A stretch of DNA of 63,216 bases, counting the filler, from Phoronis australis (lineage: Eukaryota > Animalia > Phoronida), in assembly GCA_002633005.1 (NCBI GenBank). It is 12 parts of 12 records of this genome, joined end to end, with 100 filler letters (N's around TTAATTAATTAA, not from the genome) between each part and the next. Parts side by side here need not be neighbours in the genome. Positions count along the whole stretch, not along the records: positions 2,573 to 14,998 come from NMRA01000016.1; positions 15,099 to 17,400 come from NMRA01000114.1; positions 17,501 to 24,622 come from NMRA01000044.1; positions 24,723 to 27,414 come from NMRA01003491.1; 8 more parts are not named here. One strand, given 5' to 3'. The notes beneath the pieces were generated by a model. That model was not told the origin of the DNA, made no database searches, and saw only the letters and a list, made by a program, of their open reading frames with translations. Below, piece after piece: positions 11,661 through 25,145 of this stretch (the first letter of the stretch is position 1; each line of letters starts with the position of its first letter). A program made the translations under genes and the position numbers.

Positions 11661-13473
11661 TGGCTGAGTGAACCCCAAGTGCTCAGACAGACGTCCTAAT
11701 CATGGACTTTTCCAAAGCATTCGATCAAATCAATACCTGCGATTACTAATTAACTTCGTGATATATGGCGTCAGAGGACAACCTAAAACCTGGTAGTTAA
11801 AATCATTCCTCAGTATTATATCTTAATAAGTGTTTTTAACAGTAAGACATAACGAAGTTCGTGTCTATTTAAAACTGACTGGTCAATGCAAACACTAAGC
11901 TAAGTTTAAACAGAAACATTAGAGGTGGAGGTTGGTGAAAATAAAGATAGATGAAACTACATGTACTTTTCATGGCCTGACTGTAAAAGTAAAATGTACA
12001 ATCCATGAAATTGAGTAGTGGGACAAGTTGAGAAGTTAGGGTTATGAAGGCTTTTATTGAGAAGTTTGTGCATGTAGCCAAATCTATATAATATTGAACT
12101 TAGCTCTGTAAAATTATATCATCTTTTGGTTTTCGCTTGACGCAATCCAAACTTTTTAATTGCTATTCCACAAGAGCACCAAAAGATCGACGCAATGGCC
12201 ACCAACTCAGATTTTGAAAAAAAGACTATGTGTTTCTACTTCTTGGCGAGATATGTTAAAAATATTTCTTTAAAAATTCTTATGCCATTATTTTTGCCGC
12301 TAGGAGTGCTAGTGTGTTTTGTGCCAAGAGTCTGGTTCCCTTAGACATACATGTAATTGACTTGTCGAAAAATGTCCCCTCGTGCACCCCCCGGACTTCA
12401 ACTTCAAAGTTGCATTTTTATGAATGTGAAAACGGAAAACTGATGTTTACAAGCCGAAAAAAATGTCCCTCGTATGTTTTTATGCAAATTAGTACCCCCA
12501 TTACCGAATTTGCTATTCGCAATATCTACGCGACTATTTCCTATAATTGAAAGGGCTAAATGTCTGGGCTTATGTTTTGTGGGTCAAACATTACATTAGA
12601 ACTGCAAGTAAGTGATAAAATTATCTTTTACATGGTACCGGTCCAAACAAGCAACATATGGAACAGAAATGCTGTGTGAGGTATGAAAATCCGCTATTTT
12701 TATTCAAATTCAGAACTTTATTGTTGACGGCATGAATGAAAACAAACTGTGACAGTATTTTTAGGTTGCAGTCCCATAACCAAAAATATATTTTAGGTTC
12801 ACTAAATGAAACAATGTTTCTCATCAGCTACCTAGGCAGATGTAAAAATCATGCAAAAAAGAAAACGAGGTCGAAACTTGTCTACTGAAGGCAAAGATCG
12901 ATCTCTACCCTTATGCATTCTTCATTTAGATTCTGTTAATGAACATTGCAATTTTACAATGTGAGAGTAACAGGAATGCACAGAACTACCGCAGCTTTAA
13001 ACTCACATTGTCCAACAAAATAATATCACCAAAGTTTCTTCCTTCCGCTTGCTTTGCGTTGAGGAATTAAAACGGAACGGGTAAGGGAATTATAGGTACC
13101 GTTCTGGGGAACTATTGAATCGTTTTAAAAACATGTCCTTTGCAAAAGCAGGTAAACTTCACAAAAATTGACAGAGGTGATACTATCATTTTGACTGTCT
13201 TATAAATGAAGTATATCCGTTTCCTCTGCTTTAGTACAAGCACATTGTTTAGAAAGTACACATATTAAACGTCTGAAAACTGCGCTCCCTCATCAAGATG
13301 ACATTGCAAAAGCATGCAAACAGTCAGCAGAACTACCGCGGCCATTAACGACCGATTATGTGGAACTCGATACCCTAAAACTTGCCTCCAGAACGCATCC
13401 CATTTCTAAGTTTGTTAATGACCGTCTGGGGTTGAAGGTCTCCAAAAAGTGAAATATTCAAGAGACTGATTTC

Positions 13474-13628
13474 CTAGGGTTAGGGTTAATCGTGAGGTTA
13501 GGTTTAGGGTTAAGGCTAAGGTTAGGTTAGGGTTTGACGGGTTTTTCAAGGGTTTAGGGTTAGGGTTAGGGTTAGGGTTGGGATGGGGTAAGGGTTAGGG
13601 TTAAGGTTTTTCATGGGTTTAGAGTTAG
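13474..13628 (+). repeat. Interstitial telomere-like (TTAGGG)n tract
   Basis: Perfect TTAGGG run at ~13554-13577 within degenerate variants. Confidence 0.85.
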
Positions 13629-13734
13629 AAGCGCAAGTGTGTTTTTACAAAATTTGCGTCGTGTGGTTGAAGTTTTAGACACGTCGAGTTTTTCAGCAAA
13701 AAGATCGTTTTTACGGTTCATGTGAGAAAACAAA

Positions 13735-13834
13735 TCCTACACTCGTCTCAGATTGATGACATGGGCAAAACCTCTTGGAAATTTCGTCAAAATCCCTCGG
13801 CAGCCCATGTCATAAATCTGAGACGAGTGTAGGA
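13735..13834. repeat. 32-bp inverted repeat (31/32) with 36-nt spacer
   Basis: TCCTACACTCGTCTCAGATTGATGACATGGGC ... GCCCATGTCATAAATCTGAGACGAGTGTAGGA. Confidence 0.9.
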
Positions 13835-15836
13835 ATTTTTTTTCCTTATTCAGTCACTCGCAGTTGTGAAGAAAATGTAGAATTCCCTTTGTCGAGTCCC
13901 CACAGCGCACAGTTTGAATATCAGTACTGCGCATGCGCCTAGGCATGTGCAAATTGGAACCATGGAAGAGGTGATTTTCGAAAAGCAAGTTTCTTGCGAG
14001 TTTAGCAAGTTCACGATGATTAAAAACTGGTGCTTGGCGACTACGCTAGCGACCTAATAGGTACATTTGCAAAAGGGTCGTTACTCAAGTGATTTGCGGG
14101 AATATTGAATTGTGGAAGAAAATTGTACAGAAACTCACCATTCCGTTACTAAAGCAAAGCGACTGACCTTTCACTGTAGTTGCAGACGTTAGCACCGCCA
14201 GCAGAATTTGCACGATCATAATCACAACGCGTTTGTAACAATGACACGTGAAGAATGGGTCGTCAAGTCTAAACAGTTAAGCCACAGCGTCCAATCTCGT
14301 AATTTGAACAAGGAGAGAAAACGTTGTTGTACAATGTAGTGCACGCAAGAGTAAGCAGCCTGGATTTATCTCTACCCATGTCACAATTTACATGTGGTTT
14401 ATCAACAACAGGTGAAGATAATGCATTTGGTGTGCAGTGCCAATGTTATATGTTTTTACATGAATGTTAGTACAAAGAAAATTTCTGTGTAGAATATTTG
14501 GAATTTAGTATATATACTAATGTTCCCACTACTGGACATTGTAAACATTTTCTTAAAAATCCGTTGTTAGAACTGAACTGCGTAAATCCTTTTCGATTGT
14601 AGCGTACGCTTAAACCAAGTCTTTGTTTATCACACGCATGTTAAAAAGACCTGTTTGCTTTAGAAGATGATTTTACAGTCAAAGAAAAGTAACAGCTAAA
14701 ACAGTTGCAGAAACAACAGTGGTGCTTGATTTGAAGGAAAGAGTGACGGTACATGAGCTATGTGATATAGCCATTGGAAGCGAATATCTTGCAGTGAATC
14801 TCACGGAAGCTTAGAAGTTACTTGTGAGTTGAGCATATATGAACCATTTATTTAATCATTTATATTTTTAATAATCTGTTATTAAAAATAATAACCATTA
14901 GATGAAAGAAAATATATGCAGACAACAAAGCATCGTGTACACACACACACACGCGCACCTTCATACACATACGTCATTTAACATATATATGAAATTATNN
15001 NNNNNNNNNNNNNNNNNNNNNNNNNNNNNNNNNNNNNNNNNNTTAATTAATTAANNNNNNNNNNNNNNNNNNNNNNNNNNNNNNNNNNNNNNNNNNNNCT
15101 TTCTCGTTTTACCATTTCACTGCTCCACTTGAAAGTAACCAAACACATCAAGTAGTATTGCAACCTAGTATGTTTTTCCAATACAAAGGTCTGTCCTTTG
15201 TGTGCACCAACGTTTACGTTATTTAACTCAATGAAAGCGAATTTTTCACCAGTGACAGAAAGTGCGCGAACACATTGTTTAAGAATTTAACATCATTATT
15301 GTTCATTTTGTGAGGAACACCTCTGTAGAGAATGTCCTATATGTCTAAGAATGTTTAAATTAGTGTAGAACGTGTTTAAGTTCAATTTTCTGGAATCAGT
15401 ATTTATTCCATAATAAATGCCATTCGAGTTTCAGAAGTACGTACTTTATTTCGAGGACGACTTTGGATTAAATCATGAAAATGCAATTACAACTTTACAG
15501 TGGATCTTTTAACACTCCAATGAATATTCATGATATCTTACTTTTGCTGTCAAAGTTATTAACCAAAAGTACTATAAATTAGCAACTCTGCAAATAACTT
15601 CAGGGTCTATATTCTGCCAAATTATACAAAGATCCTGCAAAGGGTTTAGAAAATAAGACAATACATGCGGAAAAAATCGCTAGTGATTACCTACAACGTA
15701 GTCGAGCATGTCCAAACATTAACGTCAGCTGCCACATTCTCATTACAAACAAATCTGGCANCATAAATTTTACTGTATAACCTGTTGTGCTCTTAACCTG
15801 TTTTTGTTCTTATACTTTTCACTACTTCTTTTACAG

Positions 15837-16030
15837 TAACACAAAAGTCAACAAAACGCCTTATAAATTTAGCCGTGTTGGAAAACACGAGATTGGACAA
15901 TGAACGGTTGAAGTTACTTATAGAATTGCTGAAGCAAGAAAAAGAAGTATTATTGCTTAAAAAAATTCAGATATCTAATGAAATTCTCAGAGACTTCCCC
16001 AACATTATGGTTGGACCTGACCAAGAGTGA
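15837..16030 (+). CDS. Terminal exon of a coiled-coil protein, probable Harbinger Myb/SANT partner gene
   Basis: Long pyrimidine tract plus ttacag acceptor. Open 64-codon frame TQKSTKRLINLAVLENTRLDNERLKLLIELLKQEKEVLLLKKIQ...DQE*. Convergent with the transposase. Confidence 0.55.
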
Positions 16031-16807
16031 AAGTCAGAAGTTTTTTTTTTCCAAAAAATAGAACGTTTTTGTATTTCGGCCAAAAAGAGGAGTGGGGTCA
16101 CACCTTGGGTGCGGGTGAGAATTATATTAGGGTATTACCAATACTAATTATCACCTTAAAATGTTTTAATGCATATTTTACTACTGTTTATTAATCTGTA
16201 TGAATTATGGTTTCAAATTTGAAATATTTTAATTTATTGTTATCTAAGTTAAGTAGTCTTATTATAATTTCATCTCTATAATCTCGTTAGGTATTTCATA
16301 ATTCATGATGTGTTTGTGAATTACTTAAAGTCGTTTGACATTGTTTTTGAAGAACTTTTGACCGGTTTAATTGATAGATAGTTCAAATTTTGACACTTGG
16401 TCAGTATTAATTGAAATTTTTAGCTGTCCAGAATAAAAACAATGTTAGACAGATCATTCGTGCATGTGTTTTATTTAACTCCCTTTTAAAGAACGCCAAT
16501 CGGTCAGCAATTCACAAACACAGCTACGATGTTTTTCGGCACAAATCGCCTGTTTCAAAATTTAATAAAACAAATCTGTGGATCTGACAGCGGGAACAGT
16601 GGATAGCGCAAGAACATTGAGGGAACTTTTAACAATCGGTTTTGGCCATAGCATAAACAAAAAATATCAAGCAAATTTCAAGAAATTTATTTATTATTGA
16701 CAATGTTTTGAGGGACAAAACAGAGCGAGTGATCTTACTGTAAACAAGTAAATATCAAATCGAATTAAAAACGTTGCTTGATATATGTTTTTGCTATCAC
16801 GAGAGAG

Positions 16808-17193
16808 TTAACTAAAATGATTTCGTACGACTTGCTGCCGAACTTGTCGACCATCCTCCAGCTCTTGAGGGACCCTCACGTCCTCTTCTTCCTCTTCATC
16901 ATTGCCTTCCGCCCACGACTCACATATGTCCCCCCTCTCGATTCCTACGTTATGAAGTATTGCGCACGTAACTACAGCTTGACATGCCTTTTGAGGGCTC
17001 ACTCGTAAACCACTATGTAAGCAAGCAAACCGTCTTTTCAAAATTCCAAATGTCTGCTCTATGCAAACTCTTGCTCTGCACAGCGCTGTGTTGAACGCTT
17101 CTTCGGCATTGTCGGCAGTGTTCAGAAAGGGCGTCATCAGGAATGGTCGACACGGGTATCCTGAATCCCCTACCAAATAACCTCTATGCTCCC
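16808..17193 (-). mobile_element. PIF/Harbinger (HARBI1-like) DDE transposase, last exon
   Basis: Acceptor tgcag, then YLVGDSGYPCRPFLMTP...FNTALCRARVCIEQTFGILKRRF...CAILHN; intact to the stop. Confidence 0.92.
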
Positions 17194-17959
17194 CTGCATT
17201 AAACAGAAAACGAAAGAGTCTGTGAATGGAATATCAAGAAGCACGAACGAAATGGTCCCTAAGTAATGCTTGTAGCGGGGGGCACGGTTCTGGACGTACT
17301 ACTCGTCTAGTACTTAAGGTCCCTCTTGGCAAGCATTTGGCGACCGCCTGCAAGCGGGACTCACACCCATGGGAATGTGCTGTAACCTGTTTAACAAACA
17401 NNNNNNNNNNNNNNNNNNNNNNNNNNNNNNNNNNNNNNNNNNNNTTAATTAATTAANNNNNNNNNNNNNNNNNNNNNNNNNNNNNNNNNNNNNNNNNNNN
17501 ACTGTGTAGGCTACCAGGACATGCAGCTGTTTTCTGCACAAACGTTTGTGACACCTCTTCTTCTTTTTGATCTACTGATCTACAGAGTTCCACAGTCAAT
17601 CAGCTTTCGTCAGGAAGCTTTCCTAAACTTCTTTAGGCTCTGACATCACAATTTTGTGCTGTTTGATAAACCTTGAATTATACAGGCATCACATTCCATG
17701 GGAGCAGCCATATTGAAGTAACTAAGCACAACAATACAATCTGGCTCTCTGATTGGTCAATTCACTAGAAAAGCGCCATCATGTGGCAGGAATGTGCATC
17801 ATATTTTGTGCAACAAAAACACCTTTTTTTAGAAAAATGTGCAAGTGTAGACGTGGGAACTTTTTGGAATTTGATTTATAGGTATATTATCTAGCCACAT
17901 AGAAAAAACTAGGTTGCCCCCCCAAAGTACTCACAAGGATGAACGCTATGAGATCTGGC

Positions 17960-18710
17960 CCACCGACTAATAGCTCGTTTACAAAATCAGAACTATCGAA
18001 GTTACGGTACGAGCGGGTAGTTATTACCCGAGCTGGATTTTTCGGATGTATAGATTTGTAACTTGTGTATATCATGCTGTGATCACTGAGACCGGTACTG
18101 ACCACTCTACGAAAGTATACCTTGTTAACATTAGACACAAGAATTAAATATAAGCAAGTTGATGTTTTGTCAGTTACTCTGGTTGGCATGTCTGTTACAT
18201 TTTGTAAACCAAGCGTGCGCTCCCAAAATTTAATCTTAGTACTAGATTTTTGGAGAATGCATTTAGTTAATATCACCAGCAATAACAAAGTCACTGGCTT
18301 TGCAATTTTGATTACCTAAAATCTTTTTAAAATGATATGTTAGCTTTTTCAGGTGATCCGCATTGGACGATGGTGGTCTATAAACCGCAACGATGACCAG
18401 GCTCTTTGATTTAGGGATCTTGATTTCCAGCCATAGTGATTCAATTTGATCATCCTGGTGATCTAATATGCGAGTTGCTATTGAGAATCTGGAGTATATA
18501 GCAACACCACCACCATTTCTGTTTCTGTCACGTCTTAGACGATTAAAGCCGTCTATATTAACTTCAGAATCCTCTATCATTGATGAGAGCCGAGTTTTAT
18601 TTAAACACATGATATCGGTAGTGTTCTGGCTCATAATCAGTCTCAGATCGTCAACCACATCTAGGAGGGAAACGATGTTTAAATGAGCAATACGAAGACC
18701 CTTAGTGAAC
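17960..18710 (-). mobile_element. CR1/L2-type LINE AP-endonuclease fragment, disabled
   Basis: RRDRNRNGGGVAIY, VYRPP, GDIN, PTRVT, LSDHSMI. In-frame stop or frameshift near 18263. Conserved E replaced (NKTRL). Confidence 0.9.
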
Positions 18711-19402
18711 TTTAATGAAGACAGTTCGGAATCGCATAGTTCTCTTTCTGAAATGTCAATTGATGCACTGGTAGAATCTTTTTGTCGTCACTGTGAGGTA
18801 CATATTCTCGTGGTTTTAGAATAAGCAGTCATCAAAGTCAAAAATACTTGACAATGCACTTTCACGTTGGTATACGACTGCTGTTGTATCATCATGTAGA
18901 GCCCCATGGTTTTCAGTCATTGCTTAATCTGGAGTTTTTATTATGCCATTGTTTAGGCTTTCAGCCAAGTTGTGCATTATATGGGTAGATGACTGTACAG
19001 AGGTGAGGCTGCATTGAATAGACTCACATTGATTGTCCCGCCAAGTGACGTCACAGCCCGATTTCAGTGGATTTTCTTGAGCCGACAAAAAGGTGGTCAA
19101 AATCAAGAGCGTGAGATGATGGGTCGTATCAAATGTTACCATAGTTTTCTAAGAGTCATATGCACGTAGATACAAAAATCGGTGTAATAAAGCTCGTTTT
19201 GGCGATTTACATGTTGACGTTTTGATTTGGAAAGCATGGACGGCAATATCCAAACAAGCTGGCGATCACATCGTTAATCATAGTCCTTCCGCCAGCAGCC
19301 TCTGCAGACGACAGCGGCACAGCGGGAATGCGACCCACTTGTTTTCCAACCGTGAACAGAACACACAAAATGAAATATTATTGAATAAAAAATAATCCTT
19401 AC

Positions 19403-19500
19403 CTTTCTGGATTCTTAGAAAACGTAAAAAATGACAGCTCCGGTGTTTTCATTTGTGAGTTTGCTCAATTTAATGCACTGCAAGGGCGACTTTCCCTATT
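19403..19500 (-). pseudogene. Decayed THAP-domain first exon (transposon-derived)
   Basis: CSALN*ANSQMKTPELSFFTFSKNPER followed by a gtaagg donor. Confidence 0.5.
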
Positions 19501-22380
19501 GTTCAAGCGCTTCGTATTTGACCGTAGTTTATTCTCTACTTGGTGGCACTAGTAGTAACGATAACAGCGAATTCATCAGTGAAAATTTCTTTTTATAGCT
19601 ATAATCCTTGATCAAACTGGCTAACGAGGTCGAGTCGACATTGACCTACCTTATGAGCTTTCCATGTCTGAGGGCATTGCTGAAGTAGTCGGGGAGGGGA
19701 ATACGGAAAACAATATCACATGGCCGTATTGCGCTCGACTTATTCAACGCGTATGGGATAATAAGAAAGTTCTTTATATTTTTAGCACAAAAACTTGAAA
19801 ACAATACACAGTTAGTTTTTATAACATCGTTTATCAAAAGGTATCATTGTTAAATATTCATCGATTAGAAAGTAGCCGGTCAAACATGTCTTTCAGTTCA
19901 GAAAAAGTCGCCATGTTATCGGTGCCGGAGTTGTCGTGATCTCTTGATCACTTGATAAGTAACATCTGTGCGACTATATTCTGGTGAAAACTGTTGAATT
20001 GTACGCAATAAGAGTTAAATATGCCTCACTAATTTTCTCTGTAAAATATTGGTGAAAAAAATTAATTTAACTCGTAACTTATGCCGCTGTCGTCCACGCT
20101 GGCCAACCCGATCCAAACAAGTGACACAAATTTTGCCAAAAAAGTTGCAATAACTGTACTGCTTAACCCGATTTTGATACTTTTTACTTTTATTGTTTGG
20201 AACGCGCTATCTTTTCGACGATATAAAGGAATTTCTTCAAAAAGAAAAAAATTGGTTCAACAACGCTATTCAGAGACAACTCAGTGTTTGGTCTTTTCCT
20301 CTCAATGGTCAATAATGTTTGGAAGTAAATAGAACTGCGTAACATCTCTATCAGCCTTGCTCGAGCAGCCAACTATTGCACAAAAAATCACCGTTAGACT
20401 TTTATTGAGTAAAGAGAGAGAGAATTCATCTAAAATATGTCTTTGCTCTTCACGATACCACAACCATACTTAGTCATTTGTCCTCCAGCAATGCGGATGA
20501 CTGAATTCATGACGTCATGAGCAAACACTCCATAGACCAGTCTAGTCATCTCAGTAGTCAACGGGGAATCAACAATTTTTCGGACTTTAAAACCACTTGC
20601 TCGTACTTCAAAATCAGTACGCGGGACTGCAAAACCAAATGGTCGATGACCACACAATTTGCCCGGACTTCAAAAAACGCGATGGTCTTTCCCAAAAAAC
20701 TAGTTGACTGGACCTAAAACACGATGGCCAGCGCTATAACCAGTTGGCCGGTAATCAAACGCGACGGTCGGATTTCCTCAAAGTCTCGCTTTGAGTGTCT
20801 CGAAGGATTCAAGTGACATCTAGTGTTTATTTCTTCTTACCCATTTGTGCGTTGTGAAAAATTACAAACGTGCTCTGTATGTTTGATTGGATACATCTGC
20901 GAATAGTCTACGTTGGCTTCAGTTGCTTTGGATAGTCAGTACTGAGTTCTCTCACTTAACTTATGGTCCTCGATGTTACAAATTATTCGTCAGTGTTCAT
21001 TAACAAAAAAGCGGATTGCAGCTACTCTTAAGCGATTTGAAGATGCACACTTGATGTTTGGTGACGATGAATCAGGTCGATAAAGTAGTCTTTCAACGAA
21101 GAATTAACGATTTGCTGTATTTCTACAATCTCATTAGCTAGCAAGGCTTCTAGAAGTTCTCACCAGTTAAAACACACCTGCTTGAGCCTGAATAAAACCC
21201 AATCTAGGTGCGCATCCTTGATGGCCAGATTGCAAGCTGAAAGACTGCCGGCAGTCACCTGATAGCAGTTCAAATAAAACAAACATCCAGGGAACCATAA
21301 AACTGAAAACTCACAAGATTACGCAGAAAGGTCAAGGACGAATGATGTCGACGATTAAAACATTTCCATCCTCCCAACAAAAAGCGTTGGGGCACACCCG
21401 GCAATCCACATCATTCGCCAAATATGAAAAAACATTCCAAAAATTTTACAAGAGACCTTCACTTATGAGGAGAACACGAACAATAATGGACAAGAATAGA
21501 GTAGATGTTATTGCCCTGGTTTAAGTAAAAATCAATGTATGGCTGTCGAGGGGCGACAACGTCTCCTCGTGGACAATTATGAAACTAAACAACTCCAGTA
21601 ACGATAAACTGAGTGCTAGCGCTTACTCAAAAGAAAGACCCTAGAAAGTAGGCCAAGAGTGTTATCACGACACGGAAACTTCCTCTGAAAGCAGATAATA
21701 AGGGCCATCGGTTACATACAGAAGCACCATAAAATAATAAAAAAATCAGAATGCCAGCACGTCATAAACACGTGACTGAATCAAATCACAAACAGAAAAC
21801 CTAACAGGGTCCAAACCCACCTCTCGGGGAGGGAGAGCAGTCATCTAGCAGAAAAAGTACTCGCTAAGGAGAAACCCCGGGCTTTTCACTATGCCTGCTA
21901 CGGTACGCGTGCGTTGCTAGAGGACAAGAGTTCTCCAAAATGAACTCGCCGTTACAACGATGCACGCTTGCCAAATACATCACATTCACGTTCTTCGGGT
22001 GAAGTCAGACACGTTTTTCAATCCGAAGGGAACGATTAGGTTATTTCTTTAACAGACCTAAAATGGACAGGATCACAGAGAACTGTGTCTCCCTCCACTT
22101 AACGTACTGGCAAGTGGGTCGGACATGGCAGTACCGAACCCATGATAACCACACCAGGGATATAATAATACACAAGGAACTATGTAGTAAGGAGAAAGTA
22201 TTTGGTGAATAAATTGTCTGCAAAGACATGTGTTCGTCCATGTGCGTCTAAACAGGAACGCTTGGTCTATCTGTTCTCCGGTGACTTACTGGGTTTTCCA
22301 CTGAATGCGGGATCTCTGTTTATCATTTGTGATACCTAATGAGTACAGAAAAAATATAGTTGTTAGTTAATATTTCTTAG

Positions 22381-22598
22381 GTTTTAAGACCAAAGTGGAG
22401 AGTGACCAAGGTCGGGGCGACGACACAGCATTAAACGCCATCGAGCTAGTTTGTGCATCTCTTGCTAGTGACAGGAGGAAAAGCTACGAAGGTCATATAT
22501 CATCAAAAGAGGGGGAGTGGGGGACTTGGTCCGACTGGAAGTACTGTGAAGACGGTGCATTTTTGACTGGTTTTGACTTACGAGTTGAGAGGCCACAG
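22381..22598 (+). CDS. VMO1: Vitelline membrane outer layer protein 1 family, internal exon
   Basis: ttcttag acceptor and gtatgt donor. FKTKVESDQGRGDDTALNAIELVC...GEWGTWSDWKYC...FLTGFDLRVERPQ. Confidence 0.88.
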
Positions 22599-24044
22599 GT
22601 ATGTAATGTATGTGTACTCTACATCAAATGCTACGTATGTTTATTATACATCTAACAACAATGAATAACCCATTTGACGATCTCTTAGATTTTTAAAAGG
22701 ATATGTTTAAGTGTTAATACCCCCGATTATTCGCTGAAACCAAAACAAGAATAATTGTGCGTCACAGGCAGACATAAAACTGGATCAGGCAATGTAAGAA
22801 TCCTATGAATGATTTGGTGCGCGCAACGTGTGTGGAACGATGATTCGAAGAACGAGGATGAAACTGAAGAACACAGACACTACCGACACCACTGCACACG
22901 GACAGCAAGGAGCTGGGATGTCTACTTAGAGCAAAGCTCAGTGAGAGCTCACGTCAAAACGCGTACAAGTGAATGAACTAGCGGCTAGTGTATAATTTTG
23001 TTCCATGCACTCTATTTTCACATCTAATATTAACCTGCACCACGTCGAATTTACATGTAAGATGGCAAGAACACGTTTTCTGTCAGGCTTTATTTGGCCA
23101 CTGGCTTTTATTCACATCTCTGCAAAGGTATAGTAGTATGTAGCAGTAGTAGTAAATTTATTTATTAAAGTAACGTGTGCTATAAATTTTTAAATTTATA
23201 GCACACGTTTAAAAACACTGAAAGCAGAATTTGAAAGAAATCACCCAGCGCACTGGGGTTATAAGCCACTGATTACATGAGAGTATGTATGCAAGCGTTG
23301 CCTTTAAACATTTAGTTTTTACAAGTACTGTATGGTACTATTAGATATTTAAAAATAAGCGCTATACATTTTGAATGGTAGCTACGCAGGTGAAAGAAGG
23401 ATTGGGAGCAAGGATATTTACAAAACGTTTACAACGACTAATAAACGTATACGCAATTTTACAGCAGAGTGTCCAGTTTTAGTTTTCCGATTTCAATTTT
23501 GAAGAATAGAAAGCTACCTAAACGTTTAATGCCGCATCGTCTAGAGTGTTCCTTAATCATTTAGGGGCGAGATATTTGAAACTATGAAGTCCGTATGTGG
23601 TCGCATTTACTGATGATACACATGTGTATGAAGGGTTAGGTTTCTTCGGAACTTGTTTGCCAAGTCTCGTACGGATATGAAATCGCTGATCGCTATTTGG
23701 GAGCCTGATGATGACTGATAAGTTTATTTCATTATTACAATATATAACACAAAGAAAGTACAATAATTTTTCAAGTCAAAATTAATTAGGCCTACCTTCT
23801 TATGAACTTGGTATTTTTTGTAGTTTCATTCCATAAAGGTAGCTTTCATTTAATTTTGATGGTAGCATGATCAATAAGTCGTGGTATGGTTACAAAAGAT
23901 TACAAGTCTGGTGTGGTAGTTGCAAAAATAGGGTATTTACAAAAATAACTCAAATTCTTTTTTAAAGCTTCATAAATCTAAATATCATGCTTGAACAACT
24001 TTAAAATGAGCTCTCTCTAACTCTACAGACAAAGTGTATACTAG

Positions 24045-24596
24045 AGGTACACGTCAAAAAGTAATTCAACAGTAATTCACAATGCTGATAATGTAACGTC
24101 TGAGGTTACTAGTACCTTCCAACACGTAAAGAAGCAAACTAGGAGTTGTAATAACTGCTCAACAACAAAGGAAAAAACACAGATAGACTGGGAGTTGACC
24201 GTCTACCTCCCAACGCTAAGGAAAGAAATAACTATGCATGAGTTGTGGCACAGCTTGTGGACGTCGTTGGACATCGAGGACTTTAGTTGCCCACACTGTA
24301 ATAGTCTCAGTGGCCAGCTCACATGGTCATTAGTAAAACCGCCAAAATACCTTTGTATTCATATCTTACGAACCACGACTAATGGTGAAAAAATCAATAC
24401 AAAGATTTCCTCGTATGACCTCTCCGGCTACAAAATAAAAGCAGTCATTGAACACCATGGAAGAAACACGACGGGTGGTCATTACACATGCTGTGTTAAA
24501 TCGTCAGCATGGGAATGGATAAATTTTGACGACTCTACAGTCACAAGTACATCCAAGCCTCCCCTGGATGCCTACATTGCAATATATGAATTATAA
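24045..24596 (+). CDS. Compact ubiquitin-specific protease (C19) C-terminal half; Cys box not seen
   Basis: Open frame with CNNC...CPHC zinc ribbon, PPKYLCIHILR, His box HHGRNTTGGHYT, WINFDDS, AYIAIYE*. Confidence 0.75.
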   Translation, partial: RYTSKSNSTVIHNADNVTSEVTSTFQHVKKQTRSCNNCSTTKEKTQIDWELTVYLPTLRKEITMHELWHSLWTSLDIEDFSCPHCNSLSGQLTWSLVKPPKYLCIHILRTTTNGEKINTKISSYDLSGYKIKAVIEHHGRNTTGGHYTCCVKSSAWEWINFDDSTVTSTSKPPLDAYIAIYEL

Positions 24597-25145
24597 ACCA
24601 ACAAAGGAAATCAACATAAAAANNNNNNNNNNNNNNNNNNNNNNNNNNNNNNNNNNNNNNNNNNNNTTAATTAATTAANNNNNNNNNNNNNNNNNNNNNN
24701 NNNNNNNNNNNNNNNNNNNNNNGACTTGTTTCGTGAAGCTTGCACGCCAGTTGTCCTAGTGAATTTCTGTTTTGACGAGGGAAGAGAGGTGTCTCTTGCT
24801 ACACGAGGTTATCGCTGTGACAACACGAGGGCCTGACTGACTAATCGTCCACTTCTCCAACATTTGAAAGCTCACTAACTAGGCGAGTTTTCTTGTATAT
24901 TACTCTTATTTACGACCTAACTGCATGCAATGATTGAAGAACACACTAAAACATTCATTTGGCGAAATAAATTTGCCTATTTGACTTGCGGAACTGTCCT
25001 GTGAATTGTCTTATGCGTCAGACCGTCACTGATCGAAAGTAACGACCATCTTGACAATTTCAGGTTTCATAAAAGATTGGTTATCGACTGTATTTTTAAA
25101 ATGTTAAGTTTGTCACATTTCCCCCGTGGATAGGTGGGCGCAGGT

